Source: Acidobacteriota bacterium (GTDB lineage Bacteria; Acidobacteriota; Blastocatellia; RBC074). From it: a DNA stretch of 64,000 nucleotides. Position numbers and translations under genes: made by a program. This document shows, one piece after another, positions 1 through 9,594 of this stretch. Each line of letters opens with the position of its first letter. The stretch's first letter is position 1. Under the pieces are notes generated by a model that ran no database searches, was not told where the DNA came from, and worked only from the letters and a program-made list of their open reading frames with translations. Location of the stretch: assembly GCA_037439425.1 (NCBI GenBank), contig JBBIWA010000009.1, positions 30,822 through 94,821 of the forward strand, read 5' to 3'.

Positions 1-513
1 CCTTTGAGCGGAGCATCATTTCTGGCTGCCCGGAAAGCCTCAGCTGCATCATGAGAAGAGGGCAGTTAAGCTAATCAGTAAAAATAAACTGGCCTAAAGG
101 ACGAATTGACCGAGATGATCATTCCCGCTGACGATCACCCGCCCGGCGCGCGCACAGCGAAGGTGGCTCACTACATTGATCAGCTCCTGGTCGAGACATA
201 GGAGCTGAAGCAACAAAGGCGCGAAGGGTTGAAGCTGATTGGTGCGCTCTCGCGCGAGCTGCACGGCCAGCCGTTTATGCAAGCCACACCGCCGCCAGCG
301 CCTCGCCGTGCTTGAGCACCTGGCACAAAACGAAGCACAGGCGGCAAAGGGCGGAAGAGAGATTCTTCGTCGAGCTTAAAATGCGGGCCGCGTGCGACTC
401 TTACACCTCGAAGATCGGTCTGCACAACGAGCTGAAATACAAAGGCAACACTTATCCGAGAGAGTTCACCGGCGAAGAAGCGAAGTAGGTGCGCGGTATC
501 GGTAGTTTGATCC

Positions 514-902
514 CTAAACTCGCCGCGCTGCCTCATCACCAATTACCGGCAGCTTGAACAGCTTGCCCTGATAGGCTTTCACCAGCAGTGTGATCCAGAG
601 GGCAAGGACGGCCAGGCTCAGGAAGTAGATCAGCAAAAAGAGCGCGAGCTGGAGTGGACGAAAAAGCGCTCCGGCGGTACCCCCAGCAGCTGCAAAGCGA
701 GCGTTAGGATGAGACAGCTCGCTCCGAAGATCACCGCCTGCATCGCGTGGAAGCGGACAAAGCCATCTTCTTTTTCGAGCAACAACAAAATCACTCCGGT
801 AATCGGCGGCACCGGAACCAGGTAGCTCAGCAGCGCGGCTATGTTCGGTGCCAAACCGGTAGTTTGTCGTCGCGGCGGCTGATAGGCGGCTTGGCTATGC
901 AT
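514..902 (-). pseudogene. DUF4870-family small membrane protein, apparently frameshifted (N-terminal part 630..902 in one frame, C-terminal part 514..~650 in another)
   Basis: The ORF 630..962(-) contains the motif LSYLVPVPPITGVILLLLEKEDGFVRFHAMQAVIFG that I recognise as typical of DUF4870. The expected C-terminal continuation (...LALFLLIYFLSLAVLALWITLLVKAYQGKLFKLPVIGDEAARRV, stop at 514) reads in a different frame immediately downstream. Confidence 0.4.
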
Positions 903-1075
903 CTGTATTCTCCTTCCGGCGGCGGATTCAAGTTGTTGTCTGATACTAGAAGACTGCAGCACCTGATGTCAATCAAACTGCCTGGCCTCTGGGAGCGTGG
1001 GTTGTGTGCTTGGTCTTTGGTGAGTGGGTCAGTGATCGAAACTGGCACGCTCTCAAGCGTTCGCTCCTAGGGTCT

Positions 1076-1212
1076 TCTGAGGAGTCTTTCATGTCGCGCT
1101 GCGACGCGGGAGAGACGATCAAACCCTCACGAGCGCAGGCTGATCTAGCGCGCAAGATCTTCAGCCCCAATGAGCACGCAAGGATGCGTGCGCTCCCAGG
1201 GATTTTCGGAGG
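1076..1212 (+). repeat. Type-1 structured repeat, copy A (degenerate left arm)
   Basis: gaggagtctttcATGtcgcgctgcgacgcgggagagacgatcaaaccctcacgagcgc...gagcacgcaaggatgcgtgcgctcccagggattttcggagg. Confidence 0.75.
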
Positions 1213-1337
1213 AATCAGGAAGAGACAAAAGTTTTACTATCCCAGGCAACAGTTTTGCCACATCTGGTTGCCAGCATGAGGCCGCCTCGGCAGCTTACGA
1301 CCTAAACAGCAGAGCGATTATCGAGGAATTAGCTACC

Positions 1338-1739
1338 ATGAAGGCCAATGCCAGAAAGCTTTTGGTCCCTACCTCTACTCCGGTATCTACTGCCGTCCCG
1401 CCTGCCACTCCTCTCAGCGATAGAAGAAAGTATCTGGCTCGCATCCCCGTCGAATTACAGCTCCGTCTGGCAGCGAGCCACTATAGCGGGCCGGCGCGCA
1501 GCCTCAACCTGAGCGTCGCCGGAGCTTTGATTGAGACCTGTGCCCCGCTAACACCTGGTGAGCGAGTGATCCTGACCGTCACGCCGCCAGAGGAGGAACT
1601 CCACTTAAGCATCTGCTTTGAGGTGGTCAGAATTGCCGCTAATCACAGTTCAGCATCGGCTCATCGTTTCGGTCTTCGTGTGCTCACGGATGAGTTTCTT
1701 ATCTGGCAAAACTTCCTCCGGTTGCAAATCCTGAAATAG
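1338..1739 (+). CDS. PilZ domain-containing protein (c-di-GMP binding)
   Basis: RRKYLAR ... NLSVAG matches the PilZ RxxxR / (D/N)xSxxG motif pair. Start trimmed to ATG 1338 (GAGGAA 9 nt upstream) because the listed ORF start lies inside an upstream repeat copy. Confidence 0.6.
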   Translation: MKANARKLLVPTSTPVSTAVPPATPLSDRRKYLARIPVELQLRLAASHYSGPARSLNLSVAGALIETCAPLTPGERVILTVTPPEEELHLSICFEVVRIAANHSSASAHRFGLRVLTDEFLIWQNFLRLQILK

Positions 1740-1769
1740 TTACCTCGACACTTCGAGTCAGCCAAAATG

Positions 1770-1882
1770 CTCAGGAAAAATTGAAACTGCAGCGGCTCTT
1801 GCACAGTCTATCTTTATACCGGGACTGAATCAGTCAGGTAACACAACGCCAGGCTCAACTCCTGAAGCGGCGTGGACTGGAA
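1770..1882 (+). repeat. Type-2 repeat, copy 1 (about 110 nt; caggaaaaattgaaac...tctatctttataccgggactgaatcagtca...)
   Basis: Aligns at about 75% identity with 5737..5849. Starts 30 nt after the PilZ stop. Confidence 0.7.
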
Positions 1883-2196
1883 ATTGGAGAGATGTTTTTC
1901 TGGCTCTTAGGTGCTTAATTCCCTCCCCCTGGTCGTCTTTGTCCTCTTGATGAGAGGGCTGGGAACATCACCGGGAGCGGTAGTGACCTGCTGTGAGACA
2001 CTCGCTACCAGTCAAAATATCCCTCTGCCACTGTGTTGCTGCTCGGCGCTAGCTGGGCGCAGGAGTTGATGCTGGCTAAATTGCTTTCTATTGAAGGCCG
2101 GCTTGGGATATGCCCTTTCAGAACGGAGGCAGAGGCCATCTCTACATGACCACGATCAACTGTGGGGCCATCTCGCGCCTAACTACTCGCATTAAA

Positions 2197-4392
2197 ATGT
2201 GGCAACCTGCTGTGTTCTTCTATATTGCTCTCGCTGTTGCGTTGTTCGTTGGTAAGTCGCCTTTCAGCTTCGCACAGCAAGCGAGTTTGCCGGCTCCACC
2301 TGCTGGTAAAACACCAGCTCCAGCGCCCAATCCATCGGCGCAAAATCCGACGCCGCCCGCGCCGGAGTCAAGTCAGAATGTAGTGCGCATCAGCACTCAG
2401 CTTGTGCAAGTGGATGTGGTGGTCACCGACAAGAAAGGCCGCCACGTAACAGACCTGACCCCGGCCGATTTCGAACTGCTGGTGGACGGAAAGAGACAAT
2501 CTCTCACCTACTTCTCTCAGGTTAATCTGCCAGGGAAAGTAACACGCGAGCTTTCCACCAGGAAGCGCTCGGCAGCGATCATCGCTCCAGAATCAATGCC
2601 GACGCGCCAGATCGCGCTTGAAGAGGTACGACGAACCATCGCTTTTATCGTGGATGATCTGGGGCTTTCTCCGTCGAGCATGGAGTTGACGCGCGAGACG
2701 CTTAGGAAGTTCGTCCGCGAGCAGATGCAGGACGGCGATCTGGTCGCCATCATCCGCACCGGCAGCGGGCTGGGGATGTTAGAGCAGTTCACCAGCGACA
2801 AGCGGATTCTTTACGCCGCCATCGAAAAGTTGTTATGGAATCCGCTCAGCCGCGACATGACGGCCAGCTTTGCCGATGCCAGCAGCGCCGAAGAAGAGAC
2901 GGATGAAGCGGCAGCCGACCAGCAGGCGACGCTAAATGAGATTGAAGAATTTCGCGAGACCACCTACTCGACGGGTACGCTCGGCGCGATCAATTTCGTC
3001 GTGCGGGGCTTGCGCGATTTGCCTGGACGCAAGAGCGTGATTTTGTTGTCAGACGGTTTCCGGATCCGTAGCCGGAATAACAACGACAACACCACTGAGC
3101 TGATCTTGCAGAGTTTGCGGCAACTGGCTGAATTGGCCAACCGCTCCGGCGTCGTTATCTACTCGATAGACGCGAAAGGGCTGCAACCGTTTGTGCCCGG
3201 CGCCAATGTTGGCCAGCCCGTGAGCGCCAGTTCATATTCAAACGCCTGGCAATCAGCTCAAGAAGCGCTCGAAGGACCAGCCTTTTTAGCACAGCAAACC
3301 GGCGGCTTCACCGTTGTCAATACCAACGACCTGAACATCGGCATTCAAGAGGCACTCTACGATCAACAGAGCTACTACTTGCTCGGCTTCGATCCCGAGG
3401 ACGAGAAGTTCGACCAGCGCTACCATTCAATTCAGGTCAAGGTTGCTCGCCCCGGTTTGAAGGTGCGCACGCGCTCAGGCTTCTTCGGCGTCGCTGAAGG
3501 CGAGCGGGAAAGCGCGCAGCCCAAAACTTCCTGGCAACAGATTCTCGCCGGCCTGCTTGCGCCGCTCGGCGCACACGACCTGTCGCTGCGGATGACGCCT
3601 TATTTCTTCAACTCGAGCAAGGAAGGCCCGCTTGTGCGCGCCTTGTTCCATCTTGATTGCTCGAAACTGGCCTTTAAGGATGGCCCCAATGGCCAGAAAC
3701 AGCTCAGTCTTGAGCTGGTCGCTTTTGCCTTCGACGAAAGTGGAGCGGCAGTTGATATGGCAGCGCGCCGCCTCAGCTTCAAGCTGGATGAGAAGCAGTA
3801 CCAACAAGCACTCGCCAGCGGCCTGGTGTATCGCACGGATTTTCAGCTTAAAAAGCCCGGTGCCTATCAGTTTCGCGCCGTGCTCAGAGATACAGAGACG
3901 GGCCGAGTCGGCTCAGCCAGCCAATTCATCCGCGTGCCTGATCTCGGCAAAAACCGCCTGGCGCTTTCCGGTCTGGTTCTGACTACCCCCAAGGCAGTTG
4001 CTACTGCGGCCTCGCTGGAACGCGCCGAAGCGGACGGGAGTTTACCATCCTACGATCTGCAAGCTACACCGTATGTCAGAAGATTTCCGCGCACCGGGTG
4101 GATTCAATACGGCGTAGCGATTTATAACGCCACTGTTGATAAGAAGACCGGCCGGCCGCAAGTTACCGTGCAGGCCGAAATCTATCGCGAAGGCCAAAGA
4201 GTCTATCAGTTCCCTGCATACTCCCTTGAGTTTCCGCCCGGCGCCAATCCGAAACGGTTCGACTACACAGGCCGCCTGCGACTGAACAACTTCCCCGCTG
4301 GCGATTACCTGCTGCATCTGATTGTCACAGACGGTTTAGCGAAGAAGAAATTTGCTCGCGCCACAGCCTGGATGGACTTCAGTGTGAGATAG
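2197..4392 (+). CDS. VWA domain protein with VWFA-related Acidobacterial domain (TIGR03436-like), secreted
   Basis: Signal peptide [28 protein letters not shown], then a Pro-rich linker, then [39 protein letters not shown], which I recognise as the TIGR03436 start. Start choice (2110, 2146 or 2197) is uncertain; 2197 gives a clean signal peptide. Confidence 0.75.
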   Translation: MWQPAVFFYIALAVALFVGKSPFSFAQQASLPAPPAGKTPAPAPNPSAQNPTPPAPESSQNVVRISTQLVQVDVVVTDKKGRHVTDLTPADFELLVDGKRQSLTYFSQVNLPGKVTRELSTRKRSAAIIAPESMPTRQIALEEVRRTIAFIVDDLGLSPSSMELTRETLRKFVREQMQDGDLVAIIRTGSGLGMLEQFTSDKRILYAAIEKLLWNPLSRDMTASFADASSAEEETDEAAADQQATLNEIEEFRETTYSTGTLGAINFVVRGLRDLPGRKSVILLSDGFRIRSRNNNDNTTELILQSLRQLAELANRSGVVIYSIDAKGLQPFVPGANVGQPVSASSYSNAWQSAQEALEGPAFLAQQTGGFTVVNTNDLNIGIQEALYDQQSYYLLGFDPEDEKFDQRYHSIQVKVARPGLKVRTRSGFFGVAEGERESAQPKTSWQQILAGLLAPLGAHDLSLRMTPYFFNSSKEGPLVRALFHLDCSKLAFKDGPNGQKQLSLELVAFAFDESGAAVDMAARRLSFKLDEKQYQQALASGLVYRTDFQLKKPGAYQFRAVLRDTETGRVGSASQFIRVPDLGKNRLALSGLVLTTPKAVATAASLERAEADGSLPSYDLQATPYVRRFPRTGWIQYGVAIYNATVDKKTGRPQVTVQAEIYREGQRVYQFPAYSLEFPPGANPKRFDYTGRLRLNNFPAGDYLLHLIVTDGLAKKKFARATAWMDFSVR

Positions 4393-4637
4393 CTGATCAA
4401 GAACCCGGTCGTTCATCTCTGTCACACTGCTGTGGACCTCTCACTCCTGAAGCTTGTCGGGTTTGACTGTACTCCGCTTCCTCCGTCGCAACCTCGTCCT
4501 ACACTTGTAGCGGGGGCAAGAGCCAAGACAGGGGCCAACTAACCACTTGGCCCGGCATTTTCTAAGGCGCGTCTGGTCTCGCTCAATGCAACTCAAAAAG
4601 CGACTGAGACTGGAGCCAAGCGAGCTACGAGCAGCGA

Positions 4638-4875
4638 CCTCAATTCCAGATGCCACGAGCTTGCTTCGTGGAGCAAAGCGAGCAGCGAGCGGCGACCTCA
4701 ATTCCAGATGCCACGAGCTTGCCTCGTGGAGTTTCACGCTGCGTAGCTATCCCACTGCCTCGCTCAATTCCAGATGCCACGAGCTTGCCTCGTGGAGTTT
4801 CACGCTGCGTAGCTACTCCACCGCCTCGCTCAATTCCAGATGCCACGAGCTTGCCTCGTGGAGTTTCACGCTCAC
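4638..4875 (+). repeat. Four tandem units (57, 67, 67 and ~47 nt) each containing a 35-nt hairpin-bearing core ctcaattccagatgccacgagcttgcctcgtggag. Not CRISPR
   Basis: Cores at 4638, 4695, 4762 and 4829. The inter-core segments are pairwise near-identical, so the true unit is a higher-order tandem duplication. Confidence 0.8.
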
Positions 4876-5195
4876 GGCTACTCTCACCTAGCTTGCCAAC
4901 GTGAATCTCCGCGAGCCAAGCTCGCGGCATCCTGGAAATTCGTTCCCGCCGATTGTAGCTGCCACCGTAACCATCCCCGGCGCGAGGCCGGGGCATTTGT
5001 CCCGATCTTGTTTGTTTTGATCGAACCTCGTGGAGCTTCGCGCTGGCAGCTAAGGCGCCCGGCTCACTGACAAAGTTATGGATATACTTGCGAATCTGCA
5101 GGCTGGTCAGATCGCCATAGCTACTAATATAAGCGCTCGGCTGCCACTTCTTTCCACAGCTGCTCGACTCCTGCTGCAAAGGCTATCTCCTGATC

Positions 5196-5316
5196 CTTTC
5201 CTGAGTACCACCATTGGCCCTACTCCTCGGCCACTGCCACTTGAAGAATCGGTTTGTTGTCGGCCATTCGCCAACAAAGAGTACCACCATTGGCCCCACT
5301 CCCCGGCCACTGCCAC
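5196..5316 (+). repeat. Direct repeat pair gagtaccaccattggcccYactccYcggccactgccac (5196 and 5279) flanking a small tttgttg/caacaaa inverted repeat
   Basis: Seen directly, immediately upstream of the ABC remnant. Confidence 0.7.
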
Positions 5317-5329
5317 CGCTTCCAAATAG

Positions 5330-5715
5330 GAGTTCATATTCGACCCCATCGGCGCCTCCATCCGGGAGAACATCGCTTACGGGAAGCCAGCAGCGACACT
5401 GGCAGAGATAGAAGAAGCAGCGCGGCAAGCCCATGCCCATGACTTTATCGTGGCCTGGCCGGAAGGCTACGAGACATCCTCGGCGAGCGAGGCTGCCCGC
5501 TCTCCGGCGGGCAACGTCAGCGGATTTGCCCGGCCCGTGCCATCATCAACAACCCCTCCATTCTGATCCTCGATGAAGCAACCTCGGCCATCGACGCCGA
5601 ATCGGCGCCCCTCATCCACGAAACAGTTGACCGGCCGCGGCAGGGGAAGACCACACTGGTTATCGCGCATCACTTTTCCGACCTCGACCGGTTCGATCAG
5701 ATTCTGGTGCCGTAG
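5330..5715 (+). pseudogene. C-terminal remnant of an ABC transporter ATP-binding domain (exporter type), truncated at the 5' end and frameshifted near 5470
   Basis: Translation gives ...[38 protein letters not shown], a frame shift, then [16 protein letters not shown]...[51 protein letters not shown]. These are the ABC signature, Walker B and H-loop. No N-terminal ATPase or TMD lies upstream; upstream is repeats. Confidence 0.65.
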
Positions 5716-5736
5716 AGCTACCGGCCTCAGTTGATG

Positions 5737-5849
5737 CCCAGGAAAATTGAAACCACAACAGCTCTTATGCCGTCTATTTTTATACCAGGAGTAAATCAGT
5801 CACGCGACGCCGCGCCGGACTCAATTGCAGAAGTGGTGCCGGTTTGGAA
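5737..5849 (+). repeat. Type-2 repeat, copy 2
   Basis: cccaggaaaattgaaaccacaacagctcttatgccgtctatttttataccaggagtaaatcagtcacg... Starts 22 nt after the ABC-remnant stop. Confidence 0.7.
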
Positions 5850-6239
5850 CTGTAGCAATGCCTCCTGGTTTTTAGTTTCAGCTTTGCTTAACTCTGCCCC
5901 CACCGGCCGTCGTTATCCCCCTTACGGTGGCTGGGAATCCTCTCTGCCAGTAGCCTCGGCTCTGGTAGTTATCATTGGCGCGCTGCTGAGGTAGCGACGC
6001 CGCACAATCGGACCGGCCTGGATGCGGTCCGGTTCTGTCGCAAAAAAATTAGGTGAGCGCGTCCAACTCAGTACAGGGAGCGGCAGCAACCTGCTCAAGC
6101 AAGACTCACCACAACTGGGATAACAACTCGGAAGAGATCTACTTAAATTGACAGCCGCTGCGTCAAGCGGCCATTGAAGGCATAAGGGTGCACCTCTGTC
6201 AGGTGCTCGTGTGCTCAGGAGGAGGATTATGTCGAACGT

Positions 6240-8048
6240 ATGGAGGCTATGAAAAAAGTTGTCGTGATCGGACTGGATGGGTTCGAGCCTGACATAGTCG
6301 AATCTCTCCTTAACCAGGGTGAGCTTCCGAATCTAGCCCGACTGCGCAAGCAGGGCGGACAGGCGCGCCTGCCGACGACCTATCCAGCGCAAACGCCAGT
6401 CGCGTGGTCAACCTTTGCCACCGGCACCAATCCGGGCGGGCACGGGGTCTTCGACTTTATACGGCGCAATCCCAAGACCTATCTACCGGAACTCTCCTTC
6501 ACCCGCTACGAACAGAAACATGCTTTCTTGCCGCCGAAGGCTGTCAATCTGCGGCGCGGTGTGACGCTGTGGCAACTGCTCACGCAAGCAGGCATTGAAT
6601 CAACGCTGCTACGCTTTCCCTGCACTTATCCCCCGGACAATCTGCGCGGGCGGATGCTTTCAGGTATGGGCGTGCCTGATCTGCGCGGTGGTCTTGGGAG
6701 CGCGACGTTTTACTCATCAGCCAACAACCTCACTGCGCAGGAGAGTGAAAACGTGGTGGCGGTGCGAGCCAGTGGCAACGGCACGATCCACACCTATCTC
6801 ATCGGCCCGCGCGATCCCAGGACCGGCGCAGATTTCCGCTTTGACATCACACTGCATCTCAAACCGCCAGCCAAGACTCTCTTGCTGGCTTCAGAAGGGC
6901 AGCCCTCTCTGCTGGAGATCAAAGAAGGCGAGTGGAGCGATTGGCTCAAAGTGAAGTTCAAGACGGGGCTGTTGCAATCGGTGCGCGGGATGGTGCGCTT
7001 TTATCTGGTGCGGATGGAGCCGATCTTTGAGCTCTACGCTTCGCCGATCAACTTCGACCCGGATGCCTCCCTCTTCCCTATCAGCTCGCCACCAGAGTAC
7101 GCCAGAGAGCTGGCTGCACAGGTAGGCACCTTCTACACGACCGGAATGGTCGAAGATCACAATGGCTTGAATAACGGGCGCCTCAGCGCCGAAGCATTTC
7201 TAGCCCAATGCACAAGCGTGCTTGGCGAGCGTGAGCGCATGATGCTTTATGAGCTGGAACGCCTGAAAGCAGGTCTCTTCTTCTGCCTGTTCGACACTCC
7301 CGACCGCGTGCAGCATATGTTTTGGCGCGATGGCGCGCGCACGATCCAGGAGCATTACCGCGCCTGCGATGCGATCATCGGCCGGGCGATGCAGCAGCTT
7401 GATGATCAAACGCTCCTGATTGTCCTGAGCGATCACGGGATGAACAGCTTCGAGCGCGGTTTCAACCTCAACACCTGGCTGCACGATCAAGGACTGCTCC
7501 GCTTACGCCGCGGCGTCAACCCAGGCGCTGAAGCTGGCGACTTGCTGCGCTCTGTTGATTGGAGCCGCACTCAAGCCTACGGGCTCGGACTGAGCGGAAT
7601 CTATCTCAACCTCAAAGGACGCGAAGAGCAAGGCATTGTGCAACCCGCTGAAGCCGAGAAGTTGAAAGCTGCTATCGCGCAGGCGCTCACCGGACTCGTT
7701 GATCCTGCAACGAGGCGCGTCGCTATCCGCAGCGTCATTGCCCGCGAGCAGGTGTATGCCGGAGCTTACGCGCACGAGTCGCCTGACCTGCTGGTGAACT
7801 ATGCCAGCGGCTATCGCGTCTCGTGGTCAACCTCGCTCGGTAGCATCCCGGCCACACAATTTGAAGACAACCTCAAGAAGTGGAGCGGCGATCATCTGGT
7901 TGATCCCGCGCTAGTGCCCGGCGTGCTGTTTATGAATCGGCCATTTCGCAGCCAGAAGGTGAGGCTGACGGATCTGGCTCCGACGATTATGGCCGCTCTG
8001 GGTGTACCAAAAGGTGAAGCCATGGAGGGGGAATCATTGTTGCTATGA
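6240..8048 (+). CDS. Alkaline phosphatase superfamily protein, type I phosphodiesterase / nucleotide pyrophosphatase family (PF01663-like)
   Basis: VVVIGLDGFEPDIVE...TYPAQTPVAWSTFATGTNPGGHGVFDF... and SDHGMNSF are motifs typical of the PF01663 family. Stop overlaps the next gene start (ATGA). Confidence 0.8.
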   Translation: MEAMKKVVVIGLDGFEPDIVESLLNQGELPNLARLRKQGGQARLPTTYPAQTPVAWSTFATGTNPGGHGVFDFIRRNPKTYLPELSFTRYEQKHAFLPPKAVNLRRGVTLWQLLTQAGIESTLLRFPCTYPPDNLRGRMLSGMGVPDLRGGLGSATFYSSANNLTAQESENVVAVRASGNGTIHTYLIGPRDPRTGADFRFDITLHLKPPAKTLLLASEGQPSLLEIKEGEWSDWLKVKFKTGLLQSVRGMVRFYLVRMEPIFELYASPINFDPDASLFPISSPPEYARELAAQVGTFYTTGMVEDHNGLNNGRLSAEAFLAQCTSVLGERERMMLYELERLKAGLFFCLFDTPDRVQHMFWRDGARTIQEHYRACDAIIGRAMQQLDDQTLLIVLSDHGMNSFERGFNLNTWLHDQGLLRLRRGVNPGAEAGDLLRSVDWSRTQAYGLGLSGIYLNLKGREEQGIVQPAEAEKLKAAIAQALTGLVDPATRRVAIRSVIAREQVYAGAYAHESPDLLVNYASGYRVSWSTSLGSIPATQFEDNLKKWSGDHLVDPALVPGVLFMNRPFRSQKVRLTDLAPTIMAALGVPKGEAMEGESLLL

Positions 8049-9511
8049 AGATTTTAGTCATCGGACTCGACGGCGCAGTGCCTGAAGTGTTGTTTGGCGA
8101 TGAACGGCTCACACATTTTCGCTGGTTGATGGAGAATGGCTGTTATGGCCGACTGGAAAGCATCACTCCACCGATCACTGTCCCGGCCTGGATGTGCCTG
8201 GCGACCAGTCAGGATCCGGGTTCGCTCGGTGTCTACGGCTTTCGCAATCGCACAGACTATTCTTACCATGGCCTCGGCTTTGTCAATTCACGCTCCATTC
8301 AGGAGCTGGCGCTCTGGGATCAGGTTGCGCGCGAAGGCGGCCGGACCACCATCATCGGCGTGCCGCCTTCATTCCCGCCGCGCAAAGTCAACGGCGTGTG
8401 CGTTGGTTGCTTTCTCACACCAGATACCAAGACCGACAACTACACCCATCCTGCTGCAGTGAAAGAGCAGATCAAGAATCTGGCCGGCCAGTACCCGGTC
8501 GATGTGAAGGGCTTTCGCACTCACAACAAGGACTGGCTTAAAGATGAGATCTACGCGATGAGCCGCATACATTTCGCCGTGGCGCGGCACTTGCTCAAAC
8601 ATTCCGAGTGGGATTACTTCCAGTTTGTTGAAATCGGGCTGGACCGTTTGCAGCACGGCTTCTGGAAATTTCACGATCCACAACACGTGCTGCACGAACC
8701 GGGCAATCCATACAGCGAAGTCATCCGCGACTATTATCGCTACCTCGACGAAGAAGTCGGAACGCTGCTCGAATTGCTCGACGAAGAGACGGCGGTGCTC
8801 GTCGTTTCGGACCACGGAGCGCAGCGGCTCGATGGCGGTTTCTGCGTCAATGAGTGGTTGGTAAAAGAAGGTTTGCTCGTCCTCAACGAATATCCGCCTG
8901 CAGTCACACCCTTCAACAAGCTCAGCATCAATTGGGATGAAACCAGAGTGTGGAGCGAAGGTGGCTACTACGCGCGCGTCTTTTTTAACGTCAAAGGACG
9001 CGAGCCGCGCGGCGTAATTGATCCGGCGGATTATGAACGCTGGCGCAATGAGATCAAAGCGAAGTTGGAGGCCACTGTGGACGATCAAGGCCGCCCACTC
9101 AGCACGCGCGTCTTCAAGCCAGAGGAGATCTACAGAACGGTGCGCAACGTCGCACCCGACCTGATTGTGCATTTCGGCGATCTCTACTGGCGTTCGATTG
9201 GTAGCGTCGGCCACGGCGCCATCCATGTTCAGGAAAACGATACTGGACCAGACGATTGCAATCACGCGCTGTGGGGTAGCTTCATTCTGGCGGCGCCGGG
9301 CAATCCTTTGTCGGGCGAGATGCTGGGCACGCGCCTGCTCGACATTGCGCCGACACTGCTGGAGCTGGGTGGCTATGACATCCCTAATTCGATGCAAGGC
9401 CAATCCCTGCTGGCGGGCCGCGGCCTTGGCCCGGTCAACAGCCCGATCTTTTCAGCCGATGGAGAAGAGATCATCCGGGAGCGGCTGAGCAGTCTGGGCT
9501 ACATCTCGTGA
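8045..9511 (+). CDS. Alkaline phosphatase superfamily protein (PF01663-like), paralog of the upstream gene
   Basis: MKILVIGLDGAVPEVL...ITVPAWMCLATSQDPGSLGVYGF ... VVSDHGAQ. Translationally coupled to the upstream gene. Confidence 0.8.
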   Translation: MKILVIGLDGAVPEVLFGDERLTHFRWLMENGCYGRLESITPPITVPAWMCLATSQDPGSLGVYGFRNRTDYSYHGLGFVNSRSIQELALWDQVAREGGRTTIIGVPPSFPPRKVNGVCVGCFLTPDTKTDNYTHPAAVKEQIKNLAGQYPVDVKGFRTHNKDWLKDEIYAMSRIHFAVARHLLKHSEWDYFQFVEIGLDRLQHGFWKFHDPQHVLHEPGNPYSEVIRDYYRYLDEEVGTLLELLDEETAVLVVSDHGAQRLDGGFCVNEWLVKEGLLVLNEYPPAVTPFNKLSINWDETRVWSEGGYYARVFFNVKGREPRGVIDPADYERWRNEIKAKLEATVDDQGRPLSTRVFKPEEIYRTVRNVAPDLIVHFGDLYWRSIGSVGHGAIHVQENDTGPDDCNHALWGSFILAAPGNPLSGEMLGTRLLDIAPTLLELGGYDIPNSMQGQSLLAGRGLGPVNSPIFSADGEEIIRERLSSLGYIS

Positions 9512-9594
9512 GATCAGGCGCCAAGTGCGACGGTCAGTAGTCAGTAGATAGTTCTTCTACTGAATGCTGACTACTGGCTCCTGACCACTGACAA

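Noticed and set aside
94-542. Fragmentary ORFs on both strands at the window start
   Set aside because: Plus-strand frames give short protein-like pieces interrupted by stops (for example ...ELKQQRREGLKLIGALSRELHGQPF...). I could not identify a family. It is possibly another decayed gene but is unsupported.
1004-1279. 91-aa ORF containing MSRCDAGETIKPS...
   Set aside because: Its start lies in the type-1 repeat 5' module and it reads through the repeat. It is discussed as a possible short leader ORF, not as a 91-aa protein.
4638-4875. Possible CRISPR array (35-nt hairpin repeat ctcaattccagatgccacgagcttgcctcgtggag with 22-32-nt intervening segments)
   Set aside because: The intervening 'spacers' are not unique. 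Two of them are near-identical 32-mers, the other two are variants of each other, and the flanks continue the pattern. It is a higher-order tandem duplication. No cas genes or leader are present.
4547-5179. ORFs of 84-179 aa (4547-4891, 4640-5179, 4650-4904, 4840-5070)
   Set aside because: They are translations of the tandem repeats, giving periodic peptides such as RETPRGKLVASGIE x3. They are not genes.
8369-9403. 344-aa minus-strand ORF, plus similar long antisense ORFs at 31180-31926, 55966-56601, 23920-24477, 24756-25460, 51216-51776 and 35239-35703
   Set aside because: Each is antisense to a gene with clear family motifs (AlkP-family, prs, TonB receptor, kinase, FHA, glycosidase, dnaB). 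Long antisense ORFs are expected at this GC content. None shows protein-like motifs.
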